This document shows, in pieces, positions 1 through 12,545 of a stretch of 64,000 nt of DNA (the first letter of the stretch is position 1; each line of letters starts with the position of its first letter). The stretch lies in assembly GCA_964106645.2 (NCBI GenBank), contig OZ078259.1; one strand, given 5' to 3'. The DNA is from Podarcis pityusensis. Lineage: Eukaryota. The notes under the pieces are model-generated. The model worked only from the letters and a program-made list of their open reading frames with translations, was not told the origin of the DNA and searched no databases. A program made the translations under genes and the position numbers.

Positions 1-244
1 AGCATACCAGGACAGCACATAAATGCATGTGTTCAGATAATCACCAGAAAGAAAAATTAATCTTGCAACCTTGATTTCAAATCTGACAGGCATTATATTC
101 ATTCTGAGTGCCCAAATTGACTTGCATTGTTTTTGTTCATTTTGTTACTACTAATCTTATGCAACAGTTCACATAACAAAACGAGCAATTTTCCATCATT
201 TGGGATGGCTTTAAAAGAGGATTAGATGGCTCTGTTCTGCTTCC

Positions 245-410
245 AGTGTCAGAGACTGTATACCTCTGAACACCAGTTGCTGGGAATCACAGGTGGGCAG
301 AGTTCTGCTGTCCTCATGCCTAGCTTGCACAAGCATCTGGTCAGTCACTGTGAGAAGAGATGCTCAACTAAATGGGCCACTGGCCTCATCCAACAGGCTC
401 ATCTTATGTT
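245..410 (+). mobile_element. Old CR1-type LINE 3'-tail fragment
   Basis: Ends in a ...GGCTCATCTTATGTTC tail. Similar to the copies at 10270-10527, 10885-11070 and 12130-12330. Confidence 0.55.
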
Positions 411-691
411 CAGTAGTTTTGACCTCATGTTAATGGACAGAATCAGCACTTCTGCTGGAAGCATGAAACTTCTGAACTGGTAATAGTGTTGTAGCTCTAC
501 AATATATGTGGACTATTTTTTAAGTCACAAGATAGAGGGAAACATAGCTATGATGAAGCCAAATGTTGCTCCTCATCCAAGGTACACATAAGACGTGACT
601 AGGAAGGCAGATCAGGTGCAGCATAATGGAATGTTGGGTCTTGAAATCTATTTACCATGATGCAATGGGCACTAAGCTCCCATGTGACTTA

Positions 692-1032
692 TACATTTAA
701 AGTAGTATCAAACCACTTTAAACAATCATACTTCCCTCAAAGACTCATTGGAACTGTGGTGTATTAAAGGTGCTTAGCATTCTTCAGAGACACCTGTGTC
801 CCTCACAAAACTACAATTTTCAGAGTTCCCAAATAAGAGGGATTGATGGTTAAACGTCTCTGGGAAATATAACTGTGCATGGTTTGACCATCAGTCCCTC
901 TTCACAGGGAGGTTTCCTCTCTGTGAAGGGATTGAGATCTCCTAACAACTATCAGCACCCATAACTACATTTCCCAGGATCCTTTGGGGAAGTCATCACT
1001 GTTTATAGTGTTATAATACTGCTTTAAATGCA
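692..1032. mobile_element. Palindromic (foldback) MITE, PIF/Harbinger-like family
   Basis: Self-complementary arms (tttaaagtagtatcaaaccactttaaac ... gtttatagtgttataatactgctttaaatg). Same family as 59155-59586. Confidence 0.6.
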
Positions 1033-1381
1033 CAGCCCCTAAAGGGCAGCCACCATGAAAGAGAAAGCCTCTCTGCTTGCCTGCACTCTTAGAAGATGAA
1101 ATTTCACAGATCAAGTTTTGTTGTTAACAAACATGCAATAAATCAACATGAATTTTAAAAGCCAGGGAGGAAAAAAATGGCTAATGAAATACCAAAGCAA
1201 CTGATAGATTATATAGTAATATACTTGGTTCAAAATGCAGATAATTAAACAGATTAATCACAGAAGCGGGAGGGGAAAGCATTGCATAAAATAGGGGGGG
1301 ATCTTATTTGTTATGTTTGCCATTCACCTTTGAGTTTACCCCATGCATTTGAGTTGACAAACCAGGTGAGAGGATCAGTAA

Positions 1382-1443
<62 letters not shown>
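1382..1443. repeat. Compound (CT)n(CTTT)n microsatellite
   Basis: Directly visible. Confidence 0.95.
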
Positions 1444-3320
1444 GTGGTGGGAGAGAAACACTCTCTATTATGCCTTTGCAAGCCATATAAAATTACTATT
1501 GTCTCCTGCTGAAGAAAACCCTGCCTCCCACTCCCCATTGCTCCCAATAAACTTGGTGATCTGTCTTGTGCCTACACATCAGTGCCTTTAAAACTACAAG
1601 TGGGATTAGCATCACTCTCCTGGGATATTCTACTGCCTCATCACAACCAATTTGTCACAATGAGAGTCTAATTAAATGCATTACTCTTATTCAGGGGAGA
1701 AGCAAATACATGAACTACATTCCCAACTTAGCTATGCAAGTCTTCCTCTTTCCTTCCTTCCACAGTAGAGTCCTTGCTTTGCTATGTCAGACCCCAGGGG
1801 ATGTCCTCAGGCCCTTGTGTGTTATGAAGTCAGTGAATCTAAGCTTCCATCTTTGCTATAACGGTTGGATGAATAAGTCCCCATACATTCAAGGGGCTCA
1901 CCCTTCAGGGTAAGCATTGAACCGAGCATCTCTCTGTTCTCTTTAATCATTCAGTTCTTTCCCTCCCCCCTTTTTTTGTTATCCCAAATGAATCAAAACT
2001 GAAGCCTCAAGGAGAGTGGAAGAGATCATATAGACTGCTTTGACATGTCAAGTTGTTCTGAAAGGTAGTCACAGCTATGGGACCATTGTGTTTGCTAAAT
2101 AGGATGTCAAAAAGTCAGTTAAGTGTTTTCCTTCCAACAATGAAACAATATTTGTAGAGCGAATCAATGTAACAAGCAACAGTGTATATTTTGTTATTCC
2201 CTTGATTTGTACACACACACACACAAAATGGCATGACTGTTTTATATCTGATATGCTACTCATGATTCCTAGATAAGGGAGTTGATATTGGGCTAGAACA
2301 AGGGGGGGAAGCTTTTGAATAATGAGGGATTCTGTATTCACCTATAATTTGGGGGGGGGGTGAGGAGTAAAACAGATATGGCAATTATTTAGAGAATGCA
2401 CAGGCAGGCAAAGAAACCAGAATTCAACGAATAGTATCTTGTGATAATAAATGGAACACGAAAAATAAGAAGCAAACATTTCAATTCCTTGCTGATGAGT
2501 TCAAAGGGCTGGTGAAAACTGCTAGATTCATCTGAGGTATTTGCCATAAGTATGTTGTTGTAGAGCTCCTTACCCCCATGGTCTTCCAGTGATTCACAGT
2601 CTCAAGTATCCTGTGGATCCTAGCAGGAGATGGACCCACCCAACCAATTCTGGAATACCAACCTTAGCAAGCACCCTATTCCAAGCAGACTGAAGTGCTG
2701 AGAGTTCCAGAGCATTACAACAGGTCAGTATCTCCAGATCCAGACTCTGCTCAAATGGTCTCCAGAGCACAGGTGGCAAACCAGTTATTGGGGCTGAGAT
2801 GAAAATGGATCAGACCAGAAGTTATGGTGCATGGCTGGCACTAGGCCTTTCATTTCTAAGCTCTCCTCAGCAGGAGGAATCATGAACCCAATTAGCCTTT
2901 AGATCAGGGCCAGGGCAGCAGGACCAGCTATAAAATGAGTTGCTGCTGAGATGTCACTGCTGCAACATTTCCTTGGGGAATCACCATGGTGCTAGACTCC
3001 TACTCTAGTTATGCAACTGGAGAGCTCCCTGCTGCTTTGGCAACCTTGCCCTGAAACCCACTCCCTGGCAGTTCTTTTTTCTTGCTGGTAGAGAGAGGAA
3101 ATCCAAATCTTATAGCTCTAATATGGTGGCAGTGGGGCAATGATCAAAAATATGATCCAAGAAATGCAACTGAAAAGAAAACTGTCAACTGAGGAAGGAA
3201 GAACCCACAGGACACTTACTCCTTTCTTAGTTTGCCTTTATTTATTTACTATTTATTAATATTCTTCCCTACCATTCTACTGCAGTAGCAATGCTCAGTG
3301 CTTTCCCGGACTCAAATATA

Positions 3321-3558
3321 CAGTGGATGCTAGGGTTGCGAACGTCATCCGTGTGGGATGCACGTTCGCAACCTGCAGTTGTGCGTCTGCGCACACAGGG
3401 GTTGCGATTCGGCGCTTCTGCGCATGCACAAAGTGTGATTTAGCGCTTCTGCGCATGCATGACCGCCGAAACCCAGAAGTAACCCATTCCGGTACTTCCG
3501 GGTTTCAGCGGTCCGTAACCCAAAAAAATGCAACCTGAAGCGTCTGTAACCCGAGGTA
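3321..3558 (+). mobile_element. Tc1/mariner (Tigger/pogo-like) MITE, right end truncated or degraded
   Basis: TA|CAGTGGATGCT start. Repeated (G/T)AACC(T/C)G motifs end in GTAACCCGAGGTA. CpG-rich interior with an internal hairpin. Confidence 0.75.
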
Positions 3559-3805
3559 AATATGTTCTTGGTACAGAGAAGAAGCAGGTGGAAATCCCTT
3601 GACTTGGGCTGGAAAGAGTTACCAAGCTAGGCTCGATATTTGAAATATTTGTGCATACAAAAACCTTTGTTCAAAAAGTTCAAGATGACACTGATTCTTA
3701 TGCCCATCTGTAATTGTGCTGTTTCAGGCTCACCATGTGTCACATACATACATACATACATACATGCTCTTTTAAAACCTATACCAACAGGACTAGGAAG
3801 AGTCT

Positions 3806-3975
3806 TAGCTCAGTGATGCAGCATGTGTTTTGCATGCAGAAAGTCCTATGTTCAATCTCCACCATCTCCAGGTGGACCTGGGAGAAAACCCGACTTTAAA
3901 CCTTGCGGAATTGCTGTAAGTCAGTATCGGCAATACTGAGCTGGACCCAACAGCTTGATTCAGTAAGAACCACCA
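3806..3975 (+). mobile_element. tRNA-derived SINE (lizard family with TAGCTCAGTGGTAGAGCA...TTTGCATGCAGAAGG head)
   Basis: Box A-like TAGCTCAGTG and box B-like GTTCAATCTCC. Body shared with 12390-12545, 22405-22562 and 55427-55624. Confidence 0.7.
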
Positions 3976-5644
3976 TTCCAGGATCCTATTATGCCTCCAT
4001 TCTTCACACTCCATAGAAAAAGTTGCAAATGGTATCATAGACTCAATATTATAGCCACAATTCACCTGCTTTTTTCAAAAAAAATAAAATAAGGGTAAAT
4101 ACAAACCAAACTGGATATTCACAATTCCTAACAGTATCCAGACAGGGATGAGATGCAACAGGCCACTTACAACACATGATAAATTAAACAGGATTAAACA
4201 AAGGACATGCAACATACAAACATATCCATTAATACTGACTTTGCTTTGGGATTGCCTCTCCAAATGGGGTTTTGGGCCATGCAAAAGAGCAAAAACCAAT
4301 GTCCAGGAGGGCTAAGATTACCACACAGGAAATAATGGAGCAAAAATTATAGAAATGAGGAAACTAATAAATGGTTGTCTGCTACAAAGGGCTTGCTGAT
4401 AGCTGTGTTTCGGATGTGGGGAATTGCTCAGATTGAAAACTCTCTTTCCATTTGGCTCCTGTTTATCACACAGGCTTCCATATCTGACTGTGTTTCCCCC
4501 CCCATTCTTTTTCTGAGTTGGCAGAACTTAAATTTCTGCATCTATTTGGGTTCGCATACAAAGCATCATCTCTACCAGCCAACATTCCCCCTCTCTTTTT
4601 TTTAAACAGAATAGTTTATGTAATTAACGTCCAAGGCAATGAGTGAACTATTGTTCCATGCACAATGTCTGTACCAATTGCCTGCCAAGTCACTGTCGCT
4701 ACCAGTATTTAACTCATTACTTTGTCAATCCCTTTGAGATCTATCAAGTAAAGAAAAGGCTCTTTTGTACAGCCAAATTCCATTCTTCTTTGCATTCAAA
4801 AGGCCAACCCTTTTTCAGTCCAGATGTGGGTATGCCTGTTTGCTTTAACTGTGCACCCAATATGAAGAAGAGAACTGGCAAGTCCCCACCCCCCCTCCCC
4901 ATTTGCAGGCAGATTTGGATTCATGACAGAATTGTTTTTTTTTATTATTATTTTGGGGAGGGGGACCTCATCTCAATTTCAGCATAAAAGAGCCTTTGTT
5001 TGAATGGGCATGATTAGGGAAATATAGCTGGAAACTGAACTGTGATGTATAGCAGGGCAGCATATTCAGAGGGGGAGATATAGTCTCAATAGGGGTTGAG
5101 CTAACAAGAATATTGGTAAAAGGCAGAGGGCATATTATCAAACACCTTCTTACAATTTAGGACCTTTACAATTTAGGTCTACAAAACATTACTTGTGTGC
5201 AGTTGTTAGTTCCTGATGGCCACAAACAATGTGCAAAGTACAAAAATCATATGTGTGTTGCTGGAATGCCAGAGCTATTGAGCTGCACGAAGTGCACATG
5301 ATCCACATCATATTATCCTTCACTCCTATGTGAATACCCTGCTACACACAGAAAGCATGGTGTGGAGGCGAAAACAAGCAGTGTCTTGGGTAAATCGATG
5401 GCCTGTGCTGAACTCATGCAAATCTAGACTATATTGTACTACCAGGAAAGTAGATGCAGAATACGAATGCACATTGAGAGCAAACACTTTGTTGAAGGAA
5501 GGCAATCAAGCTACAAATTGTGGGGAAAACAGAAAAATAAAGGTCTACCCTTCTCATGCATTATCCCAATAATTTCACAACATGGGTAGCCAATGTGGTG
5601 CCCTCTGGATGTTGTTGGAATACAATTCCCATAAGAGTAGAGCA

Positions 5645-5869
5645 CAGCGGTACCTCGGGTTACATACGCTTCAGGTTACATACGCTTCAGGTTACAGACT
5701 CCGCTAACCCAGAAATAGTACCTCAGATTAAGAACTTTGCTTCAGGATGAGAACAGAAATTGTGTTCCTGCAGCGTGGCAGCAGCAGGAGGCCCCATTAG
5801 CTAAAGTGGTGCTTCAGGTTAAGAACGGACCTCCAGAATGAATTAAGTACCTAACCTGAGATACCACTG
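5645..5869 (-). mobile_element. Tigger/pogo-like MITE (CAGTGGTACCTC TIR, AACCTGA motif family)
   Basis: TIRs CAGCGGTACCTC / GAGATACCACTG followed by TA. Triple GGTTACA repeat at 16-bp spacing. Homologous to 25429-25667 and 63062-63300. Confidence 0.85.
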
Positions 5870-6985
5870 TATTAGTCATGATGGCTACTACGGTAGATGA
5901 AAATAAAGACCCATCACTCAGCATCCTGTTCTCACAATGGCGCACTAGACATCTATGGGAAGTCCACAACTCTCTCTACGCGTAATTCCCAGTGACTAGA
6001 AAACAGGTGTTTGACACTGGAGATAGCACTGTATTGTTATGGCACTGTGCTGACTACCTTTGTCTTATAGCATGCATGCAGCACAAGAATGAGGAAGCTG
6101 TGACCCTTCTATTGGTCCAGTCAGCATATTCAGTGGTCAGGGATGATGGGATTTGTAGTCCAACAATATCTGGAGGGCCACAGAATCCTCATCCCTAGTA
6201 CAGGAATATAAGAATTTTATGTTGCAAACTGCCCTGTGATCTTCAGATGAAAGGCAGTGCATAAATTAAATAATAAATAATAACAATAATATTACCCCCA
6301 AATTTCTGATGAAGGTGAGTGAGAGGGAGAAACGAGAGTCTGTTGCAGAAGCAATGTTTTAACAGGGGAGTTCTAGCTTACAGCTCCTTTTTTTAGACAT
6401 TACACTACACTAGTTATCTTACAGGTGGATAAACTGGTAATTAGAATCAATCATGTTGGTGCAGATTCATATTCTTCTTGCTGTATCTCCCGATTGTTAT
6501 TATTATTGCATAAATGGAGGAGACAATTAAAAGAGAACTTTGAATAATTTATCACAAGCACACCTGCATCCTGAACTCTAGAACATCATACACTTTCACA
6601 CTTGATTAGTCATAACTACATTTTTAAAACAAGGAAATGTTGTTCTCTTCCCCTATTGAATTGTGGTGACATGCTAGAATAGTGTGAAAATTAGTCTCGT
6701 GCAAAAACACATCCTCCAGTTTCTCAGACACTTTGTTCCCTTGCAAAAAGAGGCTTCTATTTGTATACCTCTTTCTTAGGTCACTTTTGAGTGGCTTTAT
6801 AGTGGTGAGGGGTTGATATTACCTTACCACTGTGAAGTGGCCCAGGGTGGTTTCTTCAGTGCCCTGCAGCTTCCCTGCCTGCCTGTTCTTCCCAATCTGA
6901 AAAAGACCCATGGGAGAAGATACCTCATGATGTCTTCACCTGAGTGCTAAATGAAGTGTAGGAAGCTGTGGAGACTGCCTATGAG

Positions 6986-7175
6986 CATAGGAGCCAACTC
7001 CTAGGGGCTGAGGGGTCTTCAGCCCTCCCAATAAAATATTTGAGGGGCCCAGGCCCCCACATAGTTAATGGACATTGCCATTCAAATGGTGTGTATGTGC
7101 TGCATCATATAATTGATTATGCGGGATGGGGCTTACCTCCCCGCCGCCAATATTTTATTCAAGTTGGCACCCCTA
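6986..7175 (+). mobile_element. hAT (Tip100-like) MITE
   Basis: CATAGGAGCCAAC ... GTTGGCACCCCTA termini. Degenerate 8-bp TSD cctatgag/gctacaag. Second copy at 46142-46332. Confidence 0.7.
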
Positions 7176-8794
7176 GCTACAAGCTTCTGGAATTGGTATG
7201 CTCCTTTGTTTGGTTTTTAAGGAAAGTCTTCCCTTTTGCCTTAAAACAAAAATATGTCCTCACTGAAGTGAACAGCTGGCAGGGAACACAACAAGGTAGT
7301 TCCCCGCATTCCCATGCTTACTAGAAAGCTCTGCCAAGGATGCCACAAGGTTTGCAGGAAGCAGAATCACATGGGATGGCTGCAGAATGCAGACCACCAG
7401 GAAGCTAACTTGTAGAATCAAAGCAAATTCAGACACTCACAAGCCAGACACACTTGGAATGGTCTTTAAAAAACAACAACACAACCTTCAGTACTAATGA
7501 GAAAAAATATTTATGCATCTCAAAAACCATATAACCTGTGGTCTGGAATTCACATTATATCAATAATGTAATGTATGGATGGTTTAATCAAGTAGGTGTT
7601 AGCAATGCCATTTGAAAGCACACATAGAATCTGGAAACAAAAGTCTTGAAACTGAACCGAAAAATTGTATAATTTGAGGAGTAAGGGACACTGAGCTTTT
7701 CTCTTTCTAACTTCAGGTGCATTACATACTAGAGAGATATTAATCCAAACATACCAAGGAAAACTCCATCAGCCAATCTGAGCACAGCCATTCTGAGCAC
7801 AGATGCCCTGACCCATATCTCTCAAACTAATGTATGGACCTTAGTTGTCCACAAGATTCTGTACTTGTCTGAATGTTAGGGTGCAGTTCTCAACAGTTTA
7901 AAGTATGTTTCAAGTGAAAATACACATGTGAATATGTATGAGGTGATTAAAGGGGGGGGGTCTACAGAAAGTAAAACCACAGATTAATGCCAAAATGAAA
8001 AAAGGGGGAAATTATGCTAAAAACAAAGCAAATTTTTTTTGAAACAAATAGAAATAGGCAGATTCATCCATCCATACGTCTCCTGAGCTACACCACATCA
8101 AATGTAGCTCAAAGGGATATTATTGTCATTGTTATTGTTAATTTCGCTTCTATACCACTTTATATTTTTAAGAAAGAAATCTCAAAGTGGTTTACAACAC
8201 ATTAAAATCAATTAAAACAATTCAGAATAAAACATTACTGAAGAAAGTAAAATATAAGTACACATTCATAAAGCAACATAATTACGGTAACTGGAAACAA
8301 AAGAGGTCAACTATAGGATGCACATTTAATGCAGCAAAGTTAATCCAAACAATTGTCTTAAATATTTCAATGCATGTTTAAAAGAGCGTAATTAGCAAGA
8401 GAATAAAATGTTATCATATGCATAGAACCTATCAGCTGCTGTTGCTGTCCATCCTGACAATGATGGGCAGCAGTTGTGAAAGCTCAGGCTCAGTTCCCTG
8501 GGCCTGCACTTAAGAGACCACCAAGGTGGTCTCTGGCCTTTTCAGCAGCCCCAGTTTCTGTAGCTGGAATCAGTCAGGGTTCCACCCACCCAGGCCAGGT
8601 GGGAAAAGGCCAGCAAAGCAGAGACCAGGTTCCCCAGGACTCACAGTCAAAATGATAGAGCACACACTTTGTGTGCAGATGATGGCAGGTCCATATCCCT
8701 GGATCTCTTGGTAGTGCTAGGAAAGGCTCCTCTCTGAAACCCTGGAGAGCCACCGTCAGTCATTGTAAGCAATAACCAAGCTAGGTTGATCCAA

Positions 8795-9089
8795 AGCCTG
8801 TATAGCTTAGTTGGTTAGAGCATTGTGCTGATAACATAAAGGTAGCAGTTTTTATCCCCATATGGGACAGCTGCATATTCCTGCATTACAGGGGGTTGGA
8901 ATAGATCAGAGTTTCCCCGAACTTGAGTCTCTTTTTGGACTACAAGTCCCATCATCTCTAACTAGAAGGACCAGTAGTCAGGGATGATGGGAACTGTAGT
9001 CCAAAAACAGCTGGAGACCAAAGTTTGGGAAACCCTGGGCTAGATGATCCTAATGGTCCCTTCCAACTCACAAGTCTATGATTCTCTGA
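8795..9089 (+). mobile_element. tRNA-Ile-derived SINE with CR1-type 3' tail, interrupted by a hAT MITE
   Basis: Head TAGCTTAGTTGGTTAGAGCATTGTGCTGATAAC. Tail GGTCCCTTCCAACTC...TCTATGATTCT. Flanked by aaagcctg repeats. Confidence 0.75.
8907..9037. mobile_element. hAT-Charlie/MER5-like MITE
   Basis: CAGAGTTTCCC/GGGAAACCCTG TIRs, palindromic body, TSD gaatagat/ggctagat. Confidence 0.85.
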
Positions 9090-10269
9090 AAAGCCTGACC
9101 AGGTATTAGGCAACTTCATAGCTTAGAAGACAATTCTTTGTGTAAATCAGCATTGCTGCCTTAAGGTGGTGATGCATGTTGACTAGCCAAATTCATTCTG
9201 AGTTCACCTTGCTTGATCCTGGCCTGATCTTTGACTGAAAATGTATCCTTTGTATATTACACATGCAAAACAGCATCTTCCCCTCCCCTCTCACAAAATG
9301 AATTCCTATCCAAAACAGACATACCACATTAAGCAAGGTTAAAGCCAAAGGGATCCCATTTCCTTAGATTACAGCAGAATTAATTGATGTGTTTAATCAA
9401 AGAGATGCTACTTGGCAACCACATAAAGCATCTATTCTCTCGAGATCCTCTGAACAATATTGGCAGACGGGCTGCCTTTAAACAAACACAAAAAACCAGC
9501 ACCAACAAGGAAAGCATGCTTGGATCTGAGCACTGTTTGGATTATTTCTTTTAAATGTTTATTTTCTTTAAAAAATATGTGTTAGCACTTCCCACCTAAC
9601 CCCATCTTACATGGACCATTAACCTCTATTTTTAGCATTTGACCGGCAACTAACAAGGATTATATCAAAGCTGTCTCAAATAGGAGGGAAAATAAAAGAA
9701 CTAAAGAATTACAGTGCAATACAACAGTTGTTGTATTGTTTTGTTAGTGAATAGCAACAATTGATGGCTTGGCTTCCAAACATTACCACAAAAATCTGTT
9801 CCTTCTTGTACTGCATGCAAATTATTTTACTTGCATTCTAACATGGTATTATGTCAAGAAATGATAACATACGGCTTTATCCAATGCAACACTAAGTGAA
9901 GGTTACTTAGAGGTGTACTTATCCCGATGGGGAAATGATTTGTGCCCGTGCAACAATGTTGCACAAGTGAATTCATAAGCAGGGTGCTCATAATTTTGTT
10001 TCACAATGGATGGCACAATCTGTTGTGCAATGACTTTCCATTAGGACAGCTGTTGTGTTCAATTCCTCTTCAGTGCAACATTAAAACTTACCTGTCCACT
10101 AGGCACCAGCAGATGGAGATGGAGAATGTTGAATGCAACCAATTAATTGGGTTTGGGAATATACCTCAGTAACGAAAGTTCATCTGGGATGCTTTGCACA
10201 AACGTGTTTAAAGTGACACTCCTGTATTTTATAGGATACTATTGCAAAAGTGACCCCTTTGTGTAATAA

Positions 10270-10527
10270 AAACACACTTGAAAGAAGTACTTTTTCATAC
10301 AGCACATAGCTAAACTTTTGAATTCACTAGCAACTTGGACAGCTTTAAGAGGGAATTGGTCAAATTCATAAAGTATTAGGCTAGCAATGACTACTAGTCT
10401 TGATGGATATATTGCATAGTGTGACAGAGGCAGTATGCCTCTGAATATCAACTGCTTGGGATCATGAGCAGGAGAGTGCTATTGTGCATATGTACTACTT
10501 GTGGGGTTGTGAATGGCTGGCCACTAT
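10270..10527 (+). mobile_element. CR1 LINE 3' end (ORF2 C-terminus plus 3'UTR), degraded
   Basis: Translates KKYFFIQHIAKL...LDSFKRELVKF, resembling the CR1 ORF2 end, followed by the family 3' tail. Confidence 0.65.
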
Positions 10528-10884
10528 GAGAACAGAATACTTGACTGGATGAAACTTTGATCTGATCCAGCTAGAGCTGTTCTTACGGCTGCAGGAAATG
10601 TATAAACTATGCATTGGAGGACACAGTAAATTTTTAGGGATGGTCTAGTGGAGGAATTAGTTAGAAAACTATTGCTTTTAAAGAAAAGGAAAACAGTGCT
10701 TACTGAGGCAGGCAGCTGTTTTGGTACACATTCAACTTGAACAACAGCACTATGAATGGAGTGGCAAGTGCTCTCTGTGCACCCCTTATTTGGCCATAAT
10801 TCTTGCTTTGCAAACTTATAAGCAAATTATTGAAACTGCAATAATACCCAAATTAAAAAGAAAGAAAAAACTAAGAACGTAACA

Positions 10885-11070
10885 GAAAAACAAAAGAAGA
10901 GCATATTGGATCAAGCTATCTAGTCCTGTCTCCTGTTATCTCAGTGGCCAACCTATGGGAAGCTTGCAAGCAGGACCCAAATGGTACCCAAGGTACTATC
11001 CTCATTTGTGATTCCCAGAAACTGGCATTCAGAGATGTATTGACAGTGGAGGTAGAACATAGACATATTC
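10885..11070 (-). mobile_element. CR1-type 3'-tail fragment
   Basis: Reverse-complement homologue of 245-410 and of the tail at 10430-10527. Confidence 0.55.
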
Positions 11071-11191
11071 TCCATGGTTCCACACATACCACGATCCTTT
11101 TAAAGGCCACCATTGCCTCTTGTGAGAGAAAATCTGTGATATCTGCCTTTATTAAATTGGTCACATTTAGAACACCAATTCTTTCACAATG

Positions 11192-11192
<1 letters not shown>

Positions 11193-11229
<37 letters not shown>
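11193..11229. repeat. (TA)n(CA)n microsatellite
   Basis: Directly visible. Confidence 0.95.
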
Positions 11230-12389
11230 TACCCCTTCAAGTGAATGGACTTCAAGTAAAAACTTCTTCATAACATCACTGCAATATGACCCCAGACCAG
11301 TGTACTTCCTGTTATTATAGCATCATTGAGCTGGAAGGAACGTCAATCTACTCCTGTGCTTATGCAGGAAATTCACTATTACAGCATCCTTCATAGGAAG
11401 CCTCCACTGACTGCTTGAAAACCTCTAACAAAGGAGAGTCCGCTACTTTTTGAGTTATTGTACTTCACTGGCAAGCAGCTCATACCCTCAGGAAATTATT
11501 TCTAATGTTCATATTTTTCTTGTTGTTTGAACCCATTATGAATGAGTATGACTTGTTAGGACATCTTATAAGAAACGAGCATAGCAAACAAAAGATTCAA
11601 ACCTCCTTAGCTTAGAAGCAATTGTAAAACTGAATGTTGTGCATAAAAGGATATGAAATTTTCATTAGTAGCTTAGTTCTGCCACAAGTTATTGACTGAT
11701 AAAGTGTGAAAGCTCTGTATTTGCCCCCCCTTCCCCGTTATTGACATATGTGAAATAGCTTGCAGATTTGCAAGGAGATGAGGGGGAATTCTCCTCTAGC
11801 TCTCCCAGGCACGAACATCTCATAGAACTTCTGGAAAACTTGGACAGGAATTGCACATTAATGATGTGTGTTGGTTGGTTAGTGGAATATTTTGGTTATT
11901 TCTGGATTAAGGTTTATTGTCATTAATTAGATAACTAGGAACATAAGAGCCTACAATCATACCAAATGTGTCTTGTCTACTCTGACTGATAGTGGTTCTC
12001 AAAAATCTCAGGAAATATCTATTTTCTAACCAGAGATACTAGAGAATCTAGGATCTTCTGTACACAAAGTAAGTGCTCCATCACTTCTCATTGACCCACC
12101 ATACTGTGGATTGCAATTATTAAAAAACAGCATGATGAGATCAGACCAAAGGTCCATCTAATGTAGTAGGCCTCTTCTCACAGTGATCAACCAGATGCCC
12201 ATAGTAAACCTGTGAGCAGGACATGAGCACTACACTACTCTTCCTACTTGTGATTTCCAGCATACCATAGACATACTGTTTATGATACTGCAAGCAGTAC
12301 ATAATCATCATGACTAGTAGCCTCTGATAGCATACATACTAGTAGCCTCTGATAGCCTACATCACTACATACTGACAGTTTTATTAACG

Positions 12390-12545
12390 TAACATAGGAT
12401 GCTGCCTTATTGGTTTATCTAGCTCATTATTGTCTACACTGACTAGTGTTAGATCTCCAGGCTTTCAGGCAGAAGACATTCCCAGCCCTACCTGGAGAGG
12501 TTGGGGGTTGAACCTGGGACTTTCTGCATGTTTGGCAGATGTTCT
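12390..12545 (-). mobile_element. tRNA-derived SINE (same family as 3806-3975)
   Basis: aacataggatgctgccttat ... gttgaacctgggactttctgcatg is the reverse complement of the family head and tail. Confidence 0.7.

Noticed and set aside
2490-2525. CTGATGAG...GAAA hammerhead-like core
   Set aside because: No stem II closing pair next to GAAA and no supporting stems. The same applies to the match at ~6305.
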